Virus record (IMG/VR): IMGVR_UViG_2622736468_000004
Direction: 5' to 3' (one strand)
Length of the DNA stretch: 11,617 bases
DNA from: a virus
Lineage: Duplodnaviria > Heunggongvirae > Uroviricota > Caudoviricetes
Shown here: positions 6,487 through 11,617 of the stretch, one piece after another
How the letters are laid out: every line of letters begins with the position of its first letter
Numbering within the stretch: the first letter of the stretch is position 1
The notes under the pieces: generated by a model
Told to the model about the DNA's origin: nothing
What the model saw: the letters and a program-made list of their open reading frames with translations, nothing else
Databases searched by the model: none
Program-made: the position numbers and the translations under genes

Positions 6487-7944
6487 TTAGGAGCGCCAAA
6501 AAAAACCTGAAAACAATATAATAACAGGATAAATTTCAAGGCGACCAAGAATCATAGCTATGCACATTAAACATTTTGCAATGTCATTAAGCACTCCGAA
6601 TGACGATGCAGTAGCCCCAAAACCTAATCCCATATTATTAATACATGCAGCCACTGTTGCAAATGATGTAAGAAAATCATATCCCATACCATTTAACACC
6701 AGTATAAAAAACACCGTGAAGAGAGTATAAAGAAAAAAGAAACTCCATACAGACCTCATTACACGATCTGTAACTATCTTCCCTCCTACATTTACACTCA
6801 ACAACGCTCTGGGATGAGAAAGCTGATTTATCTCGTGTTTGCTTTGTTTGAAAAGTATAAGAAATCGAAGTGACTTAATTCCACCACAAGTTGAACCTAT
6901 ACATCCCCCAAAGAAACTTGACAACAGCAAAAACACTATCGTGTGCGTGGGCCAACTTGCATAATCCTGCGTAGCTAAACCATTATCAGTGAGCATGGAG
7001 CTGGCAAGAAAAAACGAATGAATAAAACTTCCATGCAAGTCATACATACCTATATGCCAGACCTGGAAAGAGGTAACAATGATCACCCCTAAGGCTATTA
7101 ACAGAAAGAAACGAAGTTCAATATCTCTGATTAAAGGTTTTATCGTTTTCCTGCTAATAACAATATACCAAAGAGTGAAGTTGAAAGCCGATAGCAGGGA
7201 AAAAGAACCAGCCACCAGCTCAACCAAATAGTTATTAAAATATCCGATACTCTCGCTATGAGTTGAGAAACCACCAAGCGAAACTGTGGAAATCCCGTGA
7301 CAAATAGCATCAAACAAAGGCATTCCTGCAAGTCTATAACAGACAATACAAGCAATACCTAATAAAGAATAAGTTATCCACAGTGTCCGTGACGTATCGG
7401 CCAGGCGGGGAGTGAGTTTGTCATCCTTAAATGGCCCCGGCATTTCTGACTGATAAAGCTTTGCACCACCAATACCCAATAATGGCAATACAGCAACCGC
7501 CAGAACAATAACTCCTAAACCACCTATAAAATTTAACTGTGACCGATAGTACAAATATGCCCGAGGTAATGAACTAACATCATCAATTACAGTTGCTCCT
7601 GTTGTTGTTATTCCAGAAACCCCTTCAAACAGAGCATCAATGAACGTTAAATTAAGTTCTGAGTCAATCCATAAAGGGAATGCACTAATAACAGAAAACA
7701 AAATCCAAAACATTACAATTATAATAAACCCATCACGGGTACGTAATTGAATGCCAGATTTCTTAGTTGTATACCACGCTCCGCCACCAATGCAAAAAAA
7801 TATAACGAAAGTTATAAAGAAAACGAACAGGCTTTTTTCTTTATAAAACAATGCTACAACCATTGGTGGCAACATTGAAAGACTATAGAGCCAAACCAGG
7901 AACCCACACATATGAGTAACAACTCTTACATGAGATGTATTCAT
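6487..7944 (-). CDS. trkG: TrkH/TrkG-family potassium uptake membrane protein (prophage-borne TrkG), 485 aa
   Basis: Polytopic membrane protein with repeated pore-loop motifs (e.g. GITTTGATV, GGFST, NGLATQD, GLGFGAT). From memory, the sequence beginning MNTSHVRVVTHMCGFLVWLYSLSMLPP corresponds to Rac-prophage TrkG of E. coli. The ORF track starts at a TTG (7962, with AAGGTGG upstream); the ATG at 7942-7944 gives the 485-aa form. Markedly AT-rich relative to its neighbours. Confidence 0.8.
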   Translation of the reverse strand: MNTSHVRVVTHMCGFLVWLYSLSMLPPMVVALFYKEKSLFVFFITFVIFFCIGGGAWYTTKKSGIQLRTRDGFIIIVMFWILFSVISAFPLWIDSELNLTFIDALFEGVSGITTTGATVIDDVSSLPRAYLYYRSQLNFIGGLGVIVLAVAVLPLLGIGGAKLYQSEMPGPFKDDKLTPRLADTSRTLWITYSLLGIACIVCYRLAGMPLFDAICHGISTVSLGGFSTHSESIGYFNNYLVELVAGSFSLLSAFNFTLWYIVISRKTIKPLIRDIELRFFLLIALGVIIVTSFQVWHIGMYDLHGSFIHSFFLASSMLTDNGLATQDYASWPTHTIVFLLLSSFFGGCIGSTCGGIKSLRFLILFKQSKHEINQLSHPRALLSVNVGGKIVTDRVMRSVWSFFFLYTLFTVFFILVLNGMGYDFLTSFATVAACINNMGLGFGATASSFGVLNDIAKCLMCIAMILGRLEIYPVIILFSGFFWRS

Positions 7945-8081
7945 ATCTAAATATTCTTTCAATTATAACCACCTTGCTGCAATATTATGATTATACTGTA
8001 TAAAATTTAACTCCTCTTAGATCTTACTTCACTGTTCCTTATGAAACAATCATCAAAATGAATCATATTGTAGTTAAGATT

Positions 8082-8546
8082 TTACTTTAAACACTGCTCG
8101 GTTATGTATTGCTGAGCACCTTCAAGTTGGGCCTGCATCATTACCAGTCGTTCCCGGAGGGTGAAATAATCCCGTTCAGCGGTGTCTGCCAGTCGGGGGG
8201 AGGCTGCATTATCCACGCCGGAGGCGGTGGTGGCTTCCCGCACTGACTGACAGACTGCTTTGATGTGCAACCGACGACGACCAGCGGCAACATCATCACG
8301 CAGAGCATCATTTTCAGCTTTCGCATCAGCTAACTCCTTCGTGTATTTTGCATCGAGCGCAGCAATATCACGCTGACGCATCTGCATGTCAGTAATTGCC
8401 GCGTTCGCCAGCTTCAGTTCTCTGGCATTTTTGTCGCGCTGGGCTTTGTAGGTAATGGCGTTATCACGGTAATGATTAACAGCCCATGACAGGCAGACGA
8501 TGATGCAGATAACCAGAGCGGAGATAATCGCGGTTACTCTGTTCAT
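8082..8546 (-). CDS. Rz: Rz i-spanin (inner-membrane spanin subunit)
   Basis: [60 protein letters not shown]... closely resembles lambda Rz as I recall it. The ATG at 8544-8546 overlaps the endolysin stop (ATGA). Has an N-terminal TM helix followed by a coiled-coil. Confidence 0.9.
   Translation of the reverse strand: MNRVTAIISALVICIIVCLSWAVNHYRDNAITYKAQRDKNARELKLANAAITDMQMRQRDIAALDAKYTKELADAKAENDALRDDVAAGRRRLHIKAVCQSVREATTASGVDNAASPRLADTAERDYFTLRERLVMMQAQLEGAQQYITEQCLK
8141..8326 (-). CDS. Rz1: Rz1 o-spanin lipoprotein, wholly embedded in Rz in the +1 frame
   Basis: [52 protein letters not shown]... has a lipobox (VVGC) and a proline-rich mature region; ATG at 8324-8326. The embedded architecture is the hallmark of lambda-type spanins. 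Confidence 0.85.
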   Translation of the reverse strand: MRKLKMMLCVMMLPLVVVGCTSKQSVSQCGKPPPPPAWIMQPPPDWQTPLNGIISPSGNDW

Positions 8547-9040
8547 TGCTGACCCCACAAACAGATTTCACGCTCAATCTCACGACGAGTCATGAGACCT
8601 TTCCATTGCTTACCGCCAGCATATGTCCAGCGACGTAGCTGATCACATGCGCCTTTGATATCGCCCTGGTTTATTTTGCGAAGAAGCGTCGATGTTCTGA
8701 AATTGCCAGCACCCACGTTGTAAACGAATGAGTAAAGAGCGCCGCGCGTTGTTTCCGGTATATCGACTTTGATGTACGGGTTAATTTGTCTGGCGACAGT
8801 GGCAAGGTCTTTATTCAAGAGTGTTTTGCATTCTGCTTTGGTATACGTTTTACCGAGCATGATGTCTTTTCCTGTATGCCCGTGACATACAGTCCATACA
8901 CCAACAATATCTTTGTATGGTATGTAGCTGACACCTTCCAGACCATCGTTACCACTTGGGCCAGTGATTAACACTGATGCTATAGCAATTGCTCCGCCAC
9001 CAATAGCAGCAGCAACGACTTTTCGTAATGATGGAGGCAT
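8543..9040 (-). CDS. R: SAR endolysin (phage-21 R-type, T4-lysozyme/GH24 fold), 165 aa
   Basis: The N-terminal Gly/Ala-rich weakly hydrophobic SAR domain ([21 protein letters not shown]) is followed by the catalytic triad E-x8-D-x5-T ([16 protein letters not shown]). The ATG at 9038-9040 overlaps the holin stop. Confidence 0.9.
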   Translation of the reverse strand: MPPSLRKVVAAAIGGGAIAIASVLITGPSGNDGLEGVSYIPYKDIVGVWTVCHGHTGKDIMLGKTYTKAECKTLLNKDLATVARQINPYIKVDIPETTRGALYSFVYNVGAGNFRTSTLLRKINQGDIKGACDQLRRWTYAGGKQWKGLMTRREIEREICLWGQQ

Positions 9041-9255
9041 TATTCACCTCTCGCAGCCTTGCGCTTATCTTCTTTAATCTTGAAATAAAGGTTTGTCAGG
9101 TACGTCAGCAGGCCAAATACCAGACTACCCAGCACACCGATTGCAGCCCACTGTGACGGAGTTACTCTATCGAGCAACTGTAAAAACCAGTAGCCAGCAC
9201 TGCCTGCGGAGGTGCCGTAGGCAATGCCTGTTGAAATTTTGTCCATGGATTTCAT
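9040..9255 (-). CDS. S: Pinholin (phage-21 S21-type class II holin) with dual-start motif MKSM, 71 aa
   Basis: [71 protein letters not shown] has two TM domains and Met1/Met4 dual starts (antiholin/holin). GGAGGTGA Shine-Dalgarno upstream of ATG 9253-9255. The ORF track's longer 90-aa form (start 9312) lacks comparable support. Confidence 0.85.
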   Translation of the reverse strand: MKSMDKISTGIAYGTSAGSAGYWFLQLLDRVTPSQWAAIGVLGSLVFGLLTYLTNLYFKIKEDKRKAARGE

Positions 9256-9289
9256 AGCCTCACCTCCGCACGGAACGGATGGCATAGTT

Positions 9290-9317
9290 ATTATGTGTAG
9301 GCTTTCAGACACATCAA
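9290..9317 (-). promoter_or_regulatory. Candidate sigma70-type promoter immediately upstream of the holin (minus strand)
   Basis: On the minus strand: TTGATG (-35; plus coordinates 9312-9317), a 16-bp spacer, then CATAAT (-10; plus coordinates 9290-9295), about 35 nt upstream of the S start codon. Hexamer match only. Confidence 0.25.
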
Positions 9318-9356
9318 TCAGAGCCTTAATTGATATATATGCTGGAGACGATGCAA

Positions 9357-9381
9357 TATAAAAAGCTCGCCGTAGCGAGCT
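9357..9381 (-). terminator. Rho-independent terminator (minus strand) between the TolA-like lipoprotein gene and the lysis cassette
   Basis: Minus-strand RNA AGCUCGC-uacg-GCGAGCU (perfect 7-bp GC-rich stem, tetraloop) immediately followed by UUUUUAUA. Confidence 0.55.
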
Positions 9382-9506
9382 AATAAAATGTATTTCTCTG
9401 ATATTATGTTTATTTGTATTAGCTCAGACTTGACATCACAGGTTTCGTATATAGAACATCATCAAATCTGTCAGTTTGCTATGAATGAGATATAGTAATT
9501 GAAGAG

Positions 9507-9902
9507 CTAACCTCGCATGTCAAAGCCAGATTTCTGAAAATCTCTGTAGACTTCCGGATTGTTGAAGGCCGGAAATTTGGCTTTATGAGCTGCGGACTTT
9601 ATCGCTTCGCAATAGGCTTTATCACCGTTACTGGTAGATATTTTTAACGCCGTGCCATCCTGAGAGAATTCCATATGCAACCTGCATTTTTTCCCTTTCC
9701 AGTTATGCGGCTCATCAAGTTTGGCATTAATTGCAGCTCTGATTCCCCGCGCTTGCGCCCCCCATTCATCCTGATCATCCCAGCGTCCTGAACTGCAACT
9801 ACCTGTAGCAGTAGTTTTGTGGCAATCTGAAGGGTGTAAAGGTGTGCATCCCGCAACAAAACCGACCCAAAAAGTCAACATAACGATTTTCTTTAATCCC
9901 AC
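9507..9902 (-). CDS. Prophage lipoprotein with a TolA C-terminal (domain III)-like domain, 131 aa
   Basis: GTG start at 9900-9902 preceded by GAGGAG (an in-frame ATG lies at 9879-9881). Signal peptide with lipobox (FVAGC). The C-terminal ~80 aa (KKCRLHMEFSQDGTALKISTSNGDKAYCEAIKSAAHKAKFPAFNNPEVYRDFQ) follow the TolA domain III pattern as I recall it (TCTLRIKLAPDGMLLDIKPEGGDPALCQAALAAAKLAKIPKPPSQAVYEVFK). Confidence 0.7.
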   Translation of the reverse strand: MGLKKIVMLTFWVGFVAGCTPLHPSDCHKTTATGSCSSGRWDDQDEWGAQARGIRAAINAKLDEPHNWKGKKCRLHMEFSQDGTALKISTSNGDKAYCEAIKSAAHKAKFPAFNNPEVYRDFQKSGFDMRG

Positions 9903-10053
9903 TTCTTGCTCCTCAATCCATTAAAATCTCAGCAATAGTAGTTGTTACGTCCGCCACTGGCTCAGAGCTGACTATCCGCTAAATTTAGCTCAGTGCCGTA
10001 GCTGTGTCAGAACAAACCTAAGCCGAAACCGTTTATTACAAAACAATAAATAT

Positions 10054-10225
10054 CAGGGTTTAAAATCCAGCACCCCATTTTGAAATACTTTATATACTTC
10101 CGGCGAAGGGGGGGCAGGTATATCAGCATTCTTTATCGCATTCATCGCTTCACGACATAAATCGAGGTCTCCACTTTCTCTTTTAACCTCCAGTAGAAGG
10201 CCATTCGGGGCCATATGCATTCTCA
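10054..10225 (-). pseudogene. 3' fragment (C-terminal 56 codons) of a second TolA-C-like gene, 5'-truncated by IS1
   Basis: Manual minus-strand translation of 10225 to 10054 gives ...RMHMAPNGLLLEVKRESGDLDLCREAMNAIKNADIPAPPSPEVYKVFQNGVLDFKP*, which matches the TolA domain III C-terminus pattern (...PLDFKP). The frame is open up to the IS1 boundary at 10226. Not in the ORF track. Confidence 0.6.
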
Positions 10226-10280
10226 GGTGATGCTGCCAACTTACTGATTTAGTGTATGATGGTGTTTTTGAGGTGCTCCA

Positions 10281-10556
10281 GTGGCTTCTGTTTCTATCAG
10301 CTGTCCCTCCTGTTCAGCTACTGACGGGGTGGTGCGTAACGGCAAAAGCACCGCCGGACATCAGCGCTATCTCTGCTCTCACTGCCGTAAAACATGGCAA
10401 CTGCAGTTCACTTACACCGCTTCTCAACCCGGTACGCACCAGAAAATCATTGATATGGCCATGAATGGCGTTGGATGCCGGGCAACAGCCCGCATTATGG
10501 GCGTTGGCCTCAACACGATTTTACGTCACTTAAAAAACTCAGGCCGCAGTCGGTAA
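10281..10556 (+). CDS. insA: IS1 InsA
   Basis: Identical 91-aa InsA sequence to the other copy. Confidence 0.95.
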
Positions 10557-10978
10557 CCTCGCGCATACAGCCGGGCAGTGACGTCATCGTCTGCGCGGAA
10601 ATGGACGAACAGTGGGGCTATGTCGGGGCTAAATCGCGCCAGCGCTGGCTGTTTTACGCGTATGACAGGCTCCGGAAGACGGTTGTTGCGCACGTATTCG
10701 GTGAACGCACTATGGCGACGCTGGGGTGTCTTATGAGCCTGCTGTCACCCTTTGACGTGGTGATATGGATGACGGATGGCTGGCCGCTGTATGAATCCCG
10801 CCTGAAGGGAAAGCTGCACGTAATCAGCAAGCGATATACGCAGCGAATTGAGCGGCATAACCTGAATCTGAGACAGCACCTGGCACGGCTGGGACGGAAG
10901 TCGCTGTCGTTCTCAAAATCGGTGGAGCTGCATGACAAAGTCATCGGGCATTATCTGAACATAAAACACTATCAATAA
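10475..10978 (+). CDS. insB: IS1 InsB reading frame (InsAB' via -1 frameshift)
   Basis: Canonical InsB sequence; the A6C slippery site lies at 10532-10538. Confidence 0.9.
10532..10538 (+). other. IS1 programmed -1 frameshift heptamer AAAAAAC
   Basis: ttaaaaaactc, within the insA/insB overlap. Confidence 0.8.
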
Positions 10979-10993
10979 GTTGGAGTCATTACC

Positions 10994-11617
10994 ACAGAAT
11001 TCAATGCATTAATGGAAAGTGAAAAAGGACAGAGCCAGAACTTGTGGAAATTTGCCGTTTACTCAGGACTTCGTCACGGGGAACTGGCAGCTCTGGCGTG
11101 GGAGGATGTGGATCTCGAAAAGGGAATAGTGAATGTCAGAAGAAACCTGACGATACTTGATATGTTCGGTCCCCCAAAAACAAATGCCGGGATCCGAACA
11201 GTAACACTACTGCAGCCTGCTCTTGAAGCACTGAAGGAGCAATACAAACTGACCGGGCATCATCGCAAAAGCGAAATCACCTTTTATCATCGGGAGTACG
11301 GCAGAACCGAAAAGCAAAAACTGCATTTTGTTTTCATGCCCAGGGTGTGTAACGGAAAACAAAAACCTTATTACTCGGTAAGCAGTTTGGGGGCAAGGTG
11401 GAATGCAGCAGTAAAACGTGCTGGTATTCGCCGCCGTAATCCGTACCATACGCGACATACTTTTGCCTGCTGGCTGTTGACGGCAGGAGCGAACCCGGCA
11501 TTTATAGCCAGCCAAATGGGGCATGAAACTGCGCAGATGGTGTATGAAATTTACGGTATGTGGATTGATGACATGAACGACGAACAGATAGCCATGTTGA
11601 ATGCGCGGTTATCGTAG
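10994..11617 (+). pseudogene. C-terminal catalytic fragment of a tyrosine recombinase (phage integrase family), N-terminus removed by IS1
   Basis: The frame is open from the IS1 boundary (TEFNALMESEKGQ...) to the stop at 11615-11617. Contains catalytic-domain signatures: ...NAGIRTVTL..., HTRHTFACWLL (H-x-x-R), GHETAQM, and the terminal tyrosine region VYEIYGMW. The N-terminal DNA-binding/core-binding domains are absent. Confidence 0.8.

Larger units (their letters stand above)
10226..10993 (+). mobile_element. IS1 insertion sequence, complete 768 bp, plus orientation (inverted relative to the copy at 3908-4675)
   Basis: Termini ggtgatgctgccaacttactgat (10226) and ...atcaataagttggagtcattacc (to 10993). 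insA/insB are present. Differs from the other copy by at least one substitution (Ins[10 protein letters not shown] vs GERTLATLG). Confidence 0.95.

Noticed and set aside
6267-6548. 93-aa ORF bridging the trkG 3' end and the ParB-like 5' end
   Set aside because: Overlaps two well-supported genes in another frame and spans the intergenic terminator-like hairpin; hydrophobic low-complexity product.
7140-7355. 71-aa ORF inside trkG in an alternative frame
   Set aside because: Embedded in a membrane-protein gene of AT-rich composition; no start-site support.
8786-8971. 61-aa plus-strand ORF antisense to the endolysin
   Set aside because: Antisense to a strongly supported gene; no Shine-Dalgarno.
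9430-9456. Consensus TTGACA hexamer with a TATAGA-like -10 on the plus strand
   Set aside because: Spacer of about 14 bp is suboptimal and there is no plus-strand gene downstream; at most a weak antisense promoter.
9644-9859. 71-aa alternative-frame ORF within the TolA-like lipoprotein gene
   Set aside because: Same strand but different frame from a gene with clear signal peptide, lipobox and domain pattern.
11207-11524. 105-aa ORF antisense to the integrase fragment
   Set aside because: Antisense to a reading frame with clear tyrosine-recombinase motifs.

Overview
This window reads as an IS-riddled remnant of a lambdoid (Rac-like, E. coli/Shigella-type) cryptic prophage, not an ordinary chromosomal region. 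From left to right: (1) a complete IS66-family element (114-2554, minus orientation; tnpC, tnpB and a frameshifted orfA) inserted into the 5' end of a second IS66 tnpB copy (1-113); (2) an AT-rich, mostly non-coding stretch (2555-3907) with phased T-tract repeats, a terminator-like hairpin and two small candidate genes; (3) two 768-bp IS1 copies in inverted orientation (3908-4675 and 10226-10993) bracketing a 5.55-kb block of phage late-region genes, all on the minus strand. That block holds a truncated TolA-C-like gene, an intact TolA-domain-III-like lipoprotein, a phage-21-type lysis cassette (pinholin S, SAR endolysin R, Rz with embedded Rz1), the low-GC potassium transporter gene trkG, a ParB-like nuclease-domain protein, and a translationally coupled partner with GT-A-like signatures whose 3' end is disrupted by IS1. 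(4) Right of the second IS1 lies the C-terminal catalytic fragment of a tyrosine integrase. The candidates most worth follow-up are the ParB-like/partner bicistron and the TolA-domain-III mimic lipoproteins; neither function can be established from sequence alone. All calls rest on manual reading of the sequence and the ORF track; no database search was run.
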